A stretch of 64,000 nt of DNA from Actinomycetota bacterium (GCA_034667405.1 JAXDJX010000019.1:1620-65619); one strand, 5' to 3'; positions 40,656 through 49,280 are shown, numbered from the stretch's first letter. The notes: a model not told the origin generated them from the sequence alone. Program-made: numbers and translations.

Positions 40656-41132
40656 ATGATCGCGGGCGCCCTGTTGCTGGTGATCGCCACGGCAGCCGCG
40701 ACCTACGGGACGGTGAGCCAGTACGTAGCGCGGCCTCTGAACCGTCAGAACCTCGGCGTCATCAAAGGGCCGCCGCGCACCACCCACTCGACATCGTTCA
40801 AAGACCTGGGTGGCTGGGGTCTGTCGGACGGGATGACCATCGACGCCCGTGCCGGCCTGGCTGCGACCCTAAGCGTCACCGTCAGCGGCGCCCCGGTGGA
40901 GTTCAGGATCTTCACCGAGGACGTGAACAACGGGTTCGCGATCCACAACCTTCCCCCCGGCTCGGCCCATTTCGATCCGGGGACCGGCACGCAATCCGTT
41001 TCCTTCACGTGGGTCTCTGGCCTGGCGGCGGGCCGCTACACCGTGAACATCGCCTGGAGGTCGCCGACGGGCGCCATCGTCACGCTCGATCGGGGGTCCC
41101 TGGTCGTTCAGTACGGCGCTCGCGTTCCCTGA
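40656..41132 (+). CDS. Hypothetical secreted/membrane-anchored protein
   Basis: ATG at about 40656 with an AGGAGAA RBS 8 nt upstream. N-terminal signal/anchor MIAGALLLVIATAAATYG, then a Gly/Thr/Val-rich probable beta-sandwich. High GC3. No recognisable family. Confidence 0.45.
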   Translation: MIAGALLLVIATAAATYGTVSQYVARPLNRQNLGVIKGPPRTTHSTSFKDLGGWGLSDGMTIDARAGLAATLSVTVSGAPVEFRIFTEDVNNGFAIHNLPPGSAHFDPGTGTQSVSFTWVSGLAAGRYTVNIAWRSPTGAIVTLDRGSLVVQYGARVP

Positions 41133-41138
41133 TCGACG

Positions 41139-41711
41139 CTACCGGGTCTGCTGCGTCGTGTCGGAAGAAGCGAACTGGCGAACCAGCGTATCCATGAGTT
41201 TTGCGTAGGGCTCCCGGAATAAGAGCCATGCTTCCCAACCGTCTTCGCCCCGGAGCACCACGCCCGTCCATCGGTTGCTCACGCCAGTGAACGAGACCTC
41301 CTTGAGGTCACGCACGGGGATACCGAACTCCTTCGCCCCGATGTACCGCCCATGTGTGCCGGGCATCCAGACGAACGAGTCCTTCTGCACCCACGCGTTG
41401 CCCGCCACCCACCCGATCGAACGGGGGATCCGGCCGAACGACGCGGGAGTCTCGAGGTCGATCTGCCGCATCCGCGGTACCCCAACGCTGCGCCCAACCA
41501 CGAGGAACGCTCGCCCTGTCCCTCTGTGGGGCTCATGCCTTCGTCCCCGAACGGGAACGATAGCCTCGCCCGCGAACAGCAACGCTACGGCGAGCGCGGC
41601 CGAGGCCACGACACCAACCAACCTCCAGGCGCGCCGTCGTCGCCGGATGGCGAGCCAGCTCCGTCGCTCATCGTCGCTCCCTGCACGAAACGTCGGCGTT
41701 TCGACGGACAC
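41139..41711 (-). CDS. Hypothetical membrane-anchored protein (possible bacterial PH-like domain)
   Basis: 190 aa. Arg-rich N-terminus then a TM helix (LVGVVASAALAVALLFAG). Coding-like GC3. Function unknown. Confidence 0.45.
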   Translation of the reverse strand: MSVETPTFRAGSDDERRSWLAIRRRRRAWRLVGVVASAALAVALLFAGEAIVPVRGRRHEPHRGTGRAFLVVGRSVGVPRMRQIDLETPASFGRIPRSIGWVAGNAWVQKDSFVWMPGTHGRYIGAKEFGIPVRDLKEVSFTGVSNRWTGVVLRGEDGWEAWLLFREPYAKLMDTLVRQFASSDTTQQTR

Positions 41712-41830
41712 TCGGATCCTCCGGTCGTCGAGATACTTCCTCGCGCAGATGGGTTCAGTTCCAACCTAGGGGAACCATCCCGCGCCGATGGTACGTCGCA
41801 TCCCCATCTTTCAGCCAAGGAGGGTGCTCC

Positions 41831-42892
41831 ATGCGGACACGACTCGGCTCTCGTGCGGCGGGAATGGCCATCGCGACGACGGTTCTCATCATCGGCTCGG
41901 CGGGCGGCGCACTCGCGTGTGGGGGGCTGATCGCTCCCAACGGCACGATCAGCCTCACCCGCACGACGACGCTCGCCGCCTACCACGACGGCATCGAGCA
42001 CTACATCACGTCGTTCACCTACGCGGGCGATGCCGCGGGTGATGTGGGCTCGATCGTTCCGCTTCCCGGTGTTCCCACCGACGTCATCAAGGGCGGAGAC
42101 TGGACCCTTCAGCGCCTGGAGCTCGAAGTGCATCCACCTGCGCCGTTCGCAGGTGCTGCCGTGGCCGCGAGCACTGCCGGCGCCGAGGTGATCCTTCGGA
42201 CCACCGTCGACTCCCTGGACATCACCGTATTGAAGGGTGGCGCAATCGACGTCGGGACGTGGGCACGCGATCACGGATTCTTCCTGCCACCCGACGCGCC
42301 GGCGGTTCTGGACTTCTACGCGCAGCGCAGTCCCATCTTCATGGCGGTGAAGTTCAACGCGGAACGCGCCGCCGCCCAAGGTGTGAACCAAGGCGAGGGA
42401 ACCCCGGTCGATGTCGTGATCCCCACCCCGCATCCGTGGGTGCCGCTCCGCATCCTCACCCTGGGCCAGGATCCAGACGCGCTGGTACAAGCGGACGTGT
42501 TCCTGCTGACCGACCGTCGGCCCTCGATGCTGCCGCAGACGATCGCACCGTCACGCGGCACCGGCCAGGAGGGTCTGATCCAGCGCGTGAGCGAACCGGC
42601 GTCTGCATCGCTCCTGAACGATCTGCGGCGGGACGACCGCATGTCCTGGGTCCCTCGCGAGATGTGGCTCACGTTCATCGATGTCAACGCGAGGGCCGCC
42701 GACGTCACCCATGACCTGTCCATCGACGCCAGCGGTTACGGGCGGCCCGATCCGATCGCTGCCGGCTACGCGGCTCCCGAACGGCTCGCCTCGACCTCGG
42801 CGACGCCCAGCATCATCGTGACACTCGCGATGCTCTCCGTTGGCGCAGTCCTCTTCGAGTCGCGACGACGCAGGCACCTTTCGGCGCGATGA
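41831..42892 (+). CDS. DUF2330-like secreted protein with C-terminal transmembrane anchor
   Basis: 353 aa with a strong RBS AAGGAGGG. Signal peptide (MAIATTVLIIGSAGGALA), mature N-terminal CGG, C-terminal Ser/Thr linker plus TM plus RRRRH tail. The DUF2330 assignment is from recollection of the family pattern. Confidence 0.55.
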   Translation: MRTRLGSRAAGMAIATTVLIIGSAGGALACGGLIAPNGTISLTRTTTLAAYHDGIEHYITSFTYAGDAAGDVGSIVPLPGVPTDVIKGGDWTLQRLELEVHPPAPFAGAAVAASTAGAEVILRTTVDSLDITVLKGGAIDVGTWARDHGFFLPPDAPAVLDFYAQRSPIFMAVKFNAERAAAQGVNQGEGTPVDVVIPTPHPWVPLRILTLGQDPDALVQADVFLLTDRRPSMLPQTIAPSRGTGQEGLIQRVSEPASASLLNDLRRDDRMSWVPREMWLTFIDVNARAADVTHDLSIDASGYGRPDPIAAGYAAPERLASTSATPSIIVTLAMLSVGAVLFESRRRRHLSAR

Positions 42893-43302
42893 TGCGGCGC
42901 CCCACGCTCCGGGCGGTTATGGCACTGATCGTCGCGGCCCCGGCGTGTGTCCGGGCGTCAGCGACTCCGGGGATCCGAAGCGTCACGATCACCATCCACT
43001 ATTCGCAGTTCTCATTGAGCGATCTGACCGTCGCTCCTGGAGAGACCGTGCGATTCGTGGTGGAGAACACCGATCCCATCGATCACGAGTTCATCCTGGG
43101 CGACCAGTACGTCCAAGACATCCATGAGAACGGGACGGAGGCACATCATCCGCCGAAGCCCGGCGAGATGACCATCCCGGCAGGCACCGCGCGGGTTACG
43201 ACGTACACATTCCCCACCGCGCCCACCCAACTGATCTTCGCCTGCCACCTACCGGGGCACTACGCCTACGGGATGCACGGCTTGGTGTTCGTAGCGCCCT
43301 GA
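42889..43302 (+). CDS. Cupredoxin (plastocyanin/azurin-like type 1 copper protein), secreted
   Basis: 137 aa with a signal peptide. Candidate Cu ligands are His (PIDHEF), then Cys-x4-His-x4-Met in FACHLPGHYAYGMHG. Start overlaps the DUF2330 gene stop (ATGA). Confidence 0.65.
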   Translation: MMRRPTLRAVMALIVAAPACVRASATPGIRSVTITIHYSQFSLSDLTVAPGETVRFVVENTDPIDHEFILGDQYVQDIHENGTEAHHPPKPGEMTIPAGTARVTTYTFPTAPTQLIFACHLPGHYAYGMHGLVFVAP

Positions 43303-43339
43303 TCCTGAAGACCTCCCCCGTCGACGAGGCGAGTACTAA

Positions 43340-44020
43340 TCATTCGCCTCGGAGGGGACCCGAGGAACCCTGCCATGCAGCTGGAAGTGTGGGCGGCGTC
43401 TCCCAGCGGAAGTAGTTGCTGATGATGGCCAGGCAGAGGCCATGGTTGGGGCCGGGGATCGCACACGTGAGTTTGGTGTTGGATTCGGTGGGCTGGTTGG
43501 TGACCGCAACGACCCCGATCGTCGTCTCCGGTCCCCCGGAGGGGTCACCCGTACCGAATACGCCTGGCGGGTCCACGAACACGGCGACCGTGGGACTCGG
43601 ATGCGAGACGAGCTCGCCCTTGACAGGTTTCGTGGCGAGGTATCTGCAATAGCCACGAGGGAGGTGGATCGAGAAGAGCGAACACACCGCCGATCCCATG
43701 GACGCGTGATCCTCCGTAACCGTCACGATCCCCTCTCGCATGCCGGGCGACCAGACGCTGAGGTAGAGGGAACCATCGCCACCGACATCACCTTGGCAGA
43801 TCGTCCACTCGCTTGGCGCCAAGACGCTCTGGAACCCGTCGCTGAACAACGAGAGCTGCGCGAGGGCGGCGTTCGATGCCGCAGGCGGCGCCAAAGGAGG
43901 CGGGGCCGAGGTTGTGGCTCGGGTCTCGGGGCCCAACGGGCATCTCACGACAGGAATCTGCGGCCGCCCCGGATCGGTGTCCGACCGACTCGCGGGCGAG
44001 TGACACGCGGACGAGAGCAT
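43340..44020 (-). CDS. Hypothetical Cys-rich protein (possible lipoprotein)
   Basis: 226 aa with 8 Cys and coding-like GC3. The in-frame upstream translation reads RTLAATLAAATMLSSAC (a lipobox-like LSSAC) but offers no canonical start before reaching tRNA-Val, so the N-terminus is uncertain. Confidence 0.4.
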   Translation of the reverse strand: MLSSACHSPASRSDTDPGRPQIPVVRCPLGPETRATTSAPPPLAPPAASNAALAQLSLFSDGFQSVLAPSEWTICQGDVGGDGSLYLSVWSPGMREGIVTVTEDHASMGSAVCSLFSIHLPRGYCRYLATKPVKGELVSHPSPTVAVFVDPPGVFGTGDPSGGPETTIGVVAVTNQPTESNTKLTCAIPGPNHGLCLAIISNYFRWETPPTLPAAWQGSSGPLRGE

Positions 44021-44129
44021 CGTCGCCGCGGCCAGGGTGGCCGCTAGCGTCCTCGAACCCTCGAAACGCCTGCGTGTCCCCGTGCTACGGCTTAAAGCGG
44101 ACGGTGTCGCACCGGGTCGTCGTTTCGCG

Positions 44130-44204
44130 TGGTGGGCGATGGAGGATTTGAACCTCCGACCTCTTCCATGTCAAGGAAGCGCTCTCCCCCTGAGCTAATC
44201 GCCC
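44130..44204 (-). tRNA. tRNA-Val (anticodon GAC)
   Basis: Reverse complement GGGCGATTAGCTCAGGGGGAGAGCGCTTCCTTGACATGGAAGAGGTCGGAGGTTCAAATCCTCCATCGCCCACCA. Anticodon loop TTGACAT, encoded CCA. Confidence 0.85.
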
Positions 44205-44247
44205 GTGCGGCGTATCGAGGGTACAGCCTGAAGGCCGTGTGGTGCAG

Positions 44248-44318
44248 AGGCGGGGACCGGAATCGAACCGGTGTGCGAGGCTTTGCAGGCCTCTGCCTAA
44301 CCACTCGGCCACCCCGCC
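44248..44318 (-). tRNA. tRNA-Cys (anticodon GCA)
   Basis: Reverse complement GGCGGGGTGGCCGAGTGGTTAGGCAGAGGCCTGCAAAGCCTCGCACACCGGTTCGATTCCGGTCCCCGCCT. Anticodon loop CTGCAAA, U73 discriminator, CCA not encoded. Confidence 0.8.
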
Positions 44319-44494
44319 GGGTGTGCGCGGGCCAGTCTATCGAAGGACACGCGAACGACTCGGGGGACATCGCGGCAGCGGACCTAAGCCACAGCCGCAT
44401 CCATTCGGAAGGTAAACCGTGTACCGCTTGACCGATGCGCCCAGAGGAGTGCCCCGCTACCTTGGCACACCCCACGAACGGAAGGATCCCCCTG

Positions 44495-44794
44495 ATGGCC
44501 CCCACGACGGAAGCGGCACCGGAGCGCATCTACATCTTGCAGCACCGCGACCGCAGCGGCCTGCGAGCCCGTCTGTCGGAGCAGGCCACGCCAGCCCCTC
44601 GTCCGATGGAGATCGACGTCGAACTCCGCGCCGCGATGCTCGAGAGAGAACGCCAAGACAGGCACGGACGCGGTGGGCAATTCTGGAGCGGTGCGGCGCG
44701 GAACCTCGCCCGTCTCCCCGGGGGCAGCCAGATCTCAGGATCGTCCGCGCTGGATACCCTGGATCTCACCGGAAGGTCTTTGCACCTGCGCTGA
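44495..44794 (+). CDS. Small hypothetical protein (about 99 aa) wedged between tRNA-Cys and tRNA-Gly on the opposite strand
   Basis: ATG at about 44495 preceded by GGAAGGA 9 nt upstream. Very high GC3. Product [22 protein letters not shown]... has no recognisable motif. The longer track ORF start (44435) is less likely. Confidence 0.3.
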   Translation: MAPTTEAAPERIYILQHRDRSGLRARLSEQATPAPRPMEIDVELRAAMLERERQDRHGRGGQFWSGAARNLARLPGGSQISGSSALDTLDLTGRSLHLR

Positions 44795-44798
44795 GATC

Positions 44799-44873
44799 TG
44801 GAGCGGACGACGGGATTCGAACCCGCGACCCCCACCTTGGCAAGGTGGTGCTCTACCACTGAGCCACGTCCGC
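44799..44873 (-). tRNA. tRNA-Gly (anticodon GCC)
   Basis: Reverse complement GCGGACGTGGCTCAGTGGTAGAGCACCACCTTGCCAAGGTGGGGGTCGCGGGTTCGAATCCCGTCGTCCGCTCCA. Anticodon loop TTGCCAA, U73, encoded CCA. Confidence 0.85.
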
Positions 44874-44923
44874 GCTGTGCGCCCCATGGTAGTTGGACGG
44901 GCACGAAGGCTTCAACCACAGAC

Positions 44924-45358
44924 CTACGAGGAGCCGGTGGAGCCGAATCCGCCCTCTCCACGCGCGCTCTCCGGCAGATCCTTCACCCACACCGGCGCCA
45001 CGACCGGCACGGCAACCAGCACCAGCTGCGCGATACGGTCCCCCACCGCGATCTCCACGGGCGTCGATCGATCCAGGTTCACCATCGCGCACATCACCTC
45101 GCCGCGGTAGCCCGCATCGATCAACCCCGGAGTGTTGGCCACGGTGAGGCCGTGTTTCGAGGCCAACCCCGATCTGGGAAGCACCAGCCCCGCATGCCCG
45201 TCGGGGATCGCGACAGCCACGCCGGTAGGGACCATCGCGCGCTCCCCCGGCGCGATGGTGAGGGCGATCGTCGATCGCAAATCTAGCCCGGCGTCGCCGG
45301 GGTGCTGGGCCTGGGGCAGCGCGGCCCCTTCGGTCAGTCGACGGAACGGAAGGTCCAC
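44924..45358 (-). CDS. dut: dUTP diphosphatase
   Basis: 144 aa with dUTPase motifs (AGLDL, PRSGLASKHG, GLIDAGYRGE, GERIAQL-like, RGEGGFGSTG). Confidence 0.9.
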   Translation of the reverse strand: MDLPFRRLTEGAALPQAQHPGDAGLDLRSTIALTIAPGERAMVPTGVAVAIPDGHAGLVLPRSGLASKHGLTVANTPGLIDAGYRGEVMCAMVNLDRSTPVEIAVGDRIAQLVLVAVPVVAPVWVKDLPESARGEGGFGSTGSS

Positions 45359-45360
45359 GG

Positions 45361-45729
45361 TTAGACCGGTTCGACGAGTTCGATGCGGTTGCCGAACGGA
45401 TCGCGAACGTAGCAGCGGCGGTAGTTCTCGAGCTGGACGGAATCCACCACGCGGTAGCCCGCCTCATCGATCCGTGCCCGCAGGCTCTCTAGTCCGTCGA
45501 CCAGGAAGGCAGGGTGGGCCTTGTGCGCCGGCTGGAACTGCTCCTCGACGCCCAGGTGGACCTCAAGGCCACCGCGGCGGAACCACACGCCACCTCGGGG
45601 AGCAAGCTGGGGCGGCTTCTCCACCTGGCTCAGACCCAGGACGTCCGCGTAGAACTTCACCGCGGCGGCCTCCTCGCCGGGCGGCATCGCGAGCTGCACA
45701 TGGTGCAGGCTCTCGAGTTGCCCCTCCAT
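45361..45729 (-). CDS. VOC family (glyoxalase/bleomycin-resistance fold) protein
   Basis: 122 aa. HHVQLAMPPGEEAAAVKFYADVLGL plus a C-terminal second beta-alpha-beta-beta-beta module (RDPFGNRIELVEP). Confidence 0.75.
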   Translation of the reverse strand: MEGQLESLHHVQLAMPPGEEAAAVKFYADVLGLSQVEKPPQLAPRGGVWFRRGGLEVHLGVEEQFQPAHKAHPAFLVDGLESLRARIDEAGYRVVDSVQLENYRRCYVRDPFGNRIELVEPV

Positions 45730-45804
45730 CGTGCGTTCCTTCCCCTCAACGCAGAACGGGCCGGGGGACCCGGCCCGTTCGCTGTCTTACCGGATGGGGA
45801 GATT

Positions 45805-48570
45805 CTACGAGCAGCCGCTCGTAGAACCACAACTGGAGCAGACGTAGCACGATCCCGCCGGCTGCATCTTGGAACCGCACGAGTAGCAGAGCGGAGCGTC
45901 CAGGATCCTCGCCGACTGCCGCTCGGTGATCTCGATGGGTTGGGACATCTTCGGTGGCTCAGGCGCCTGCAACAGATCCTCGGACTCGCCGGCTTGGAGT
46001 TCGCCGAGCTTCTGGGCAGCCTCGGCCAGGGCCGTCTCTTTCCGCTCAGAGATCGAGCGGATCCCGAGTCCCTCCCGGGTCTCCTCGCTCAAATGATCGA
46101 GGGCGAGACGCCGGAACGTGTAGTCCAGGAGCGATGAGGCGAACCGGATGTCCGGGTCGTTGGTCATCCCCGACGGTTCGAACTTCATGTTGATGAACTT
46201 CGACACGAAGGTCTCCAGTGGCACCCCGTACTGCAGCCCGATGGAGATGGCGATCGAGAACGCATCCATCACTCCCGCGAGCGTCGAACCCTGCTTGGAC
46301 GTCTTGAGGAAGATCTCTCCCAGGCCATCGTCGGGGTAACTACCGGCCGTGATGTAGCCTTCGGCATCCCCCACCGCGAACGACGTGGTTCGGCTGGGGC
46401 GCGACATCGGCAGGCGCTTGCGGACCGGGGTGGCTAGCGTTGCGGGCTCGCCCGCATCCGCGGTGGCCGACTTCTTCTTGTCGGCCGACAGCGGCTGTGC
46501 AACCTTGCAGTTGTCGCGGTAGATGGCGACCGCTTTCAGCCCGAGCTTCCAGGATTCGATGAAGAGCTGCTCCACCTCTTCCACGGTCGCCGACTCCGGC
46601 ATGTTCACCGTCTTGGAGATGGCACCCGAGATGAACGGCTGTGCCACAGCCATCATCCGAACGTGCCCCATGTAGTGGATGGGCTCCGCTCCCATCGCCG
46701 TATCGAACACGGAGTAGTGCTCGGACTTCAGGTGCGGCGCATCGACAACCGAGTTGTGTTCGGCGATGTACCCGACGACGTCGTCGATCTGCCCAGCGTC
46801 GTAGCCGAGCTTGTCCAGCGCCCGCGGCACCGTCTGATTGACGAACTGCATGGTGCCACCGCCGACCAGCTTCTTCGTCTTCACGAGCGCCAGTTCGGGC
46901 TCGATGCCCGTGGTGTCGCAATCCATCATCAGGCCGATGGTGCCCGTGGGCGCCAGCACGCTGGCCTGTGCGTTGCGGTAGCCGTGCTTCTCGCCCAGGC
47001 TGATGGCCTCGTCCCACGCGTTCTTGGCTGAGGACAGGAGCGCCTCTGGCACGATGTCGCCGTCGATCGTGTCCACGGCCGCGCGGTGCTTGCGGATGAC
47101 GCGGAGCATGGCGTCGGCATTCGGTCGGTAGCCCTGGAACGGACCCATGGCGTCGGCGATCTTCGCGCTGGTTCGGTACGCGTGGCCGGTCATGAGCGCG
47201 GTGATGGCTCCGGCCCACGCGCGCCCACCGTCGGAGTCATACGCGAGCCCCCGCGCCATGAGGAGGGCGCCGAGGTTCGCGTATCCGAGGCCGAGCTGGC
47301 GGTAGGCCCGTGCGTTCTCACCGATCTTCTCGGTGGGGTAGCTGGACTCACCCACCAGGATCTCCTGCGCGGTGAAGACGACCTGGACCGCGTGCTTGAA
47401 GCTGGCCACGTCGAAGTTGCCCTCGTCGTCCAGGAACTTCATGAGGTTCAGCGATGCCAGGTTGCACGCGCTGTTATCCAGGTGCATGTACTCCGAGCAC
47501 GGGTTGGAACCGTTGATCCGTCCGCTGGCCGGGCACGTATGCCATTCGTTGATGGTGGTGTCGTACTGCATGCCGGGGTCGGCGCACTGCCACGCGGCCT
47601 CGGAGATCTGCCGCATGAGGTTCCGTGCGCGGACGGTGTGCACGGTCTCGTCGGTGGTGATGGCCTTGAGCTTCCAATCCTGATCCTGCTCGTACGCCTG
47701 CATGAACGCATCCGTCACGCGAACGGAGTTGTTCGCGTTCTGATACTGGATGGAGGCGCTGTCTTTGCCGTCGAGGTCCATGTCGAACCCGGCGTCGCGC
47801 AGGGCGCGGGCCTTCTGCTCTTCGTTGGATTTGCACCAGATGAAGTCCTCGACGTCGGGGTGATCGACGTTGAGGATGACCATCTTCGCGGCGCGCCGTG
47901 TCTTGCCGCCGGACTTGATGGTCCCGGCGGAGGCGTCGGCCCCGCGCATGAAGCTCACTGGACCCGAGGCGGTTCCGCCCCCGGCCAGCGTCTCCTTGGA
48001 CGAACGGATCTTCGACAGGTTGATCCCCGAACCCGAGCCGCCCTTGAAGATGGTGCCTTCTTCCACGTACCAGTTCAGGATCGAGCTCATGTGGTCGTCG
48101 ACCGCCAAGATGAAGCACGCTGAGCACTGCTGCGGGGTGTCGGGGACGCCGACGTTGAACCAGACCGGAGAGTTGAACGCAGCCTTCTGCGTGACGATGA
48201 GGTGGGTCAGTTCGTCGGCGAAGATCTGCGCGTCGTCCTTAGTGGCGAAGTACCCGTTCTTCTCCCCCCAGCCCCGGATCGTGTCGACGACCCTGCCGGC
48301 GAGCTGACGAACGGAGGTTTCGCGCTGCGGCGTGCCCAGGGTTCCGCGGAAATACTTCTGCGCGACGATGTTCGTCGCGTTCTGTGACCAGCTCTTCGGG
48401 AATTCGACATCCCGCTGTTCGAACGCGTTGCCACCCTCCTTGAAGTTCGGGATGACCGCGTCGCGGGTCTCCCATTCGACATCCTCGAACGGGTGGTGTC
48501 CCTCGCTGGTGAAGTACCGCTTGAAGGTCAATCCCTCCCGGATGACCTCCACATCCCCCTTGTTCGCCAT
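45805..48570 (-). CDS. nrdJ: Vitamin B12 (adenosylcobalamin)-dependent ribonucleoside-diphosphate reductase, class II
   Basis: 921 aa. RNR barrel with active-site Cys/Asn/Glu region (NPCSEYMHLDNSACNLASLNL), a radical Cys loop and a C-terminal Cys-rich tail CYSCGS...CYVCSSCGSTSGCS. Confidence 0.95.
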   Translation of the reverse strand: MANKGDVEVIREGLTFKRYFTSEGHHPFEDVEWETRDAVIPNFKEGGNAFEQRDVEFPKSWSQNATNIVAQKYFRGTLGTPQRETSVRQLAGRVVDTIRGWGEKNGYFATKDDAQIFADELTHLIVTQKAAFNSPVWFNVGVPDTPQQCSACFILAVDDHMSSILNWYVEEGTIFKGGSGSGINLSKIRSSKETLAGGGTASGPVSFMRGADASAGTIKSGGKTRRAAKMVILNVDHPDVEDFIWCKSNEEQKARALRDAGFDMDLDGKDSASIQYQNANNSVRVTDAFMQAYEQDQDWKLKAITTDETVHTVRARNLMRQISEAAWQCADPGMQYDTTINEWHTCPASGRINGSNPCSEYMHLDNSACNLASLNLMKFLDDEGNFDVASFKHAVQVVFTAQEILVGESSYPTEKIGENARAYRQLGLGYANLGALLMARGLAYDSDGGRAWAGAITALMTGHAYRTSAKIADAMGPFQGYRPNADAMLRVIRKHRAAVDTIDGDIVPEALLSSAKNAWDEAISLGEKHGYRNAQASVLAPTGTIGLMMDCDTTGIEPELALVKTKKLVGGGTMQFVNQTVPRALDKLGYDAGQIDDVVGYIAEHNSVVDAPHLKSEHYSVFDTAMGAEPIHYMGHVRMMAVAQPFISGAISKTVNMPESATVEEVEQLFIESWKLGLKAVAIYRDNCKVAQPLSADKKKSATADAGEPATLATPVRKRLPMSRPSRTTSFAVGDAEGYITAGSYPDDGLGEIFLKTSKQGSTLAGVMDAFSIAISIGLQYGVPLETFVSKFINMKFEPSGMTNDPDIRFASSLLDYTFRRLALDHLSEETREGLGIRSISERKETALAEAAQKLGELQAGESEDLLQAPEPPKMSQPIEITERQSARILDAPLCYSCGSKMQPAGSCYVCSSCGSTSGCS

Positions 48571-48599
48571 GTACCGCGCCCCCTTCCGATCCGTGCAGT

Positions 48600-48630
48600 T
48601 GTGGATGACCTGTGGATAGCCTGTGGATGA
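48600..48630. repeat. Three phased DnaA-box-like 9-mers in the nrdJ leader
   Basis: Plus strand TGTGGATGA (48600-08), TGTGGATAG (48611-19), TGTGGATGA (48622-30). The coding-strand complements are TCATCCACA / CTATCCACA / TCATCCACA versus consensus TTATCCACA. Head-to-tail with an 11-bp period, 30-60 nt upstream of the nrdJ ATG. Confidence 0.5.
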
Positions 48631-48715
48631 CTTACAACCGTGTCATTCGCAAGCTCCGGGATTGTGTCCCTCCGGAGCCCCGAGGTCAAGATGTCGTGGC
48701 AGGAAAGTTTGTCAA

Positions 48716-48730
48716 CCACTACAGGTAGTA
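48716..48730. promoter_or_regulatory. Palindrome (weaker NrdR-box-like) in nrdR-nrdJ intergenic region
   Basis: CACTACAGGTAGTAT, a 6-2-6 inverted repeat (ACTAC-AG-GTAGT) about 150 nt upstream of nrdJ. Confidence 0.35.
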
Positions 48731-48799
48731 TCTCACCTCGGCAGCCATATGAGCGAAATGGCTCGATGGAGCTACCGAAACGACGTTCCCAGGGCGTGG

Positions 48800-49273
48800 T
48801 CAGCGGCCGCGGCGCTTCGCCGGGATCTTCTTCTGGAGCACACCGAGTTCGCGTTCGAAGTCGGTGATCTCCTGGAAGTCCTTGTAGACGCTCGCGAACC
48901 GCATGTAGGCGACCTGGTCGAGCTTGGCCAGGCCGGCGAGGACCTCGACGCCGATCTGCTCCGAAGAGACCTCGGGCCCCTTGCGCCGCACCCGCTCCTC
49001 CACCCGGTCCACCAGGACGTGGACCCGATCCACCGTGACGGGGCGGTTCTTGATGGCCTTCATCACGCTCCCGATGATCTTGTCCCGGTCGAAGACATCC
49101 TTCGAGCCGTCCCGTTTCACGACGACCAGCCCGACGTCCTCGACGCGCTCGAACGTGGTGTACCGGCGCGTACAGCCGGCGCACTCCCGCCGTCGGCGGA
49201 TGGCCAGGCCGTTGTCCGCGGGGCGGGAATCCACGACCCGGTCGTCGTCGGCATTGCACCAAGGGCATCGCAT
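48800..49273 (-). CDS. nrdR: Transcriptional repressor NrdR
   Basis: MRCPWCNADDDRVVDSRPADNG...CAGCTRRYTTFE zinc ribbon plus ATP-cone (KRDGSKDVFDRDKI). The shorter internal start was chosen over the track start at 49312. Confidence 0.9.
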   Translation of the reverse strand: MRCPWCNADDDRVVDSRPADNGLAIRRRRECAGCTRRYTTFERVEDVGLVVVKRDGSKDVFDRDKIIGSVMKAIKNRPVTVDRVHVLVDRVEERVRRKGPEVSSEQIGVEVLAGLAKLDQVAYMRFASVYKDFQEITDFERELGVLQKKIPAKRRGR

Positions 49274-49280
49274 CGCCAGC

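Noticed and set aside
40350-44130. tRNA-flanked islet as an integrated mobile element or genomic island
   Set aside because: No integrase, recombinase, transposase or phage genes. The only repeated sequence at the borders is the shared 3-prime acceptor end (TGGTGGGCG) of two genuine tRNA-Val genes, with no partial tRNA duplicate (att) found. GC content and codon usage look native.
44319-44798. SRP RNA / RNase P RNA / other known ncRNA in the tRNA-Gly - tRNA-Cys spacer
   Set aside because: No recognisable conserved motif (for example, SRP domain IV GGAAGCAGCC is absent). This cannot be excluded without covariance-model searches, so it is reported only as an unexplained spacer.
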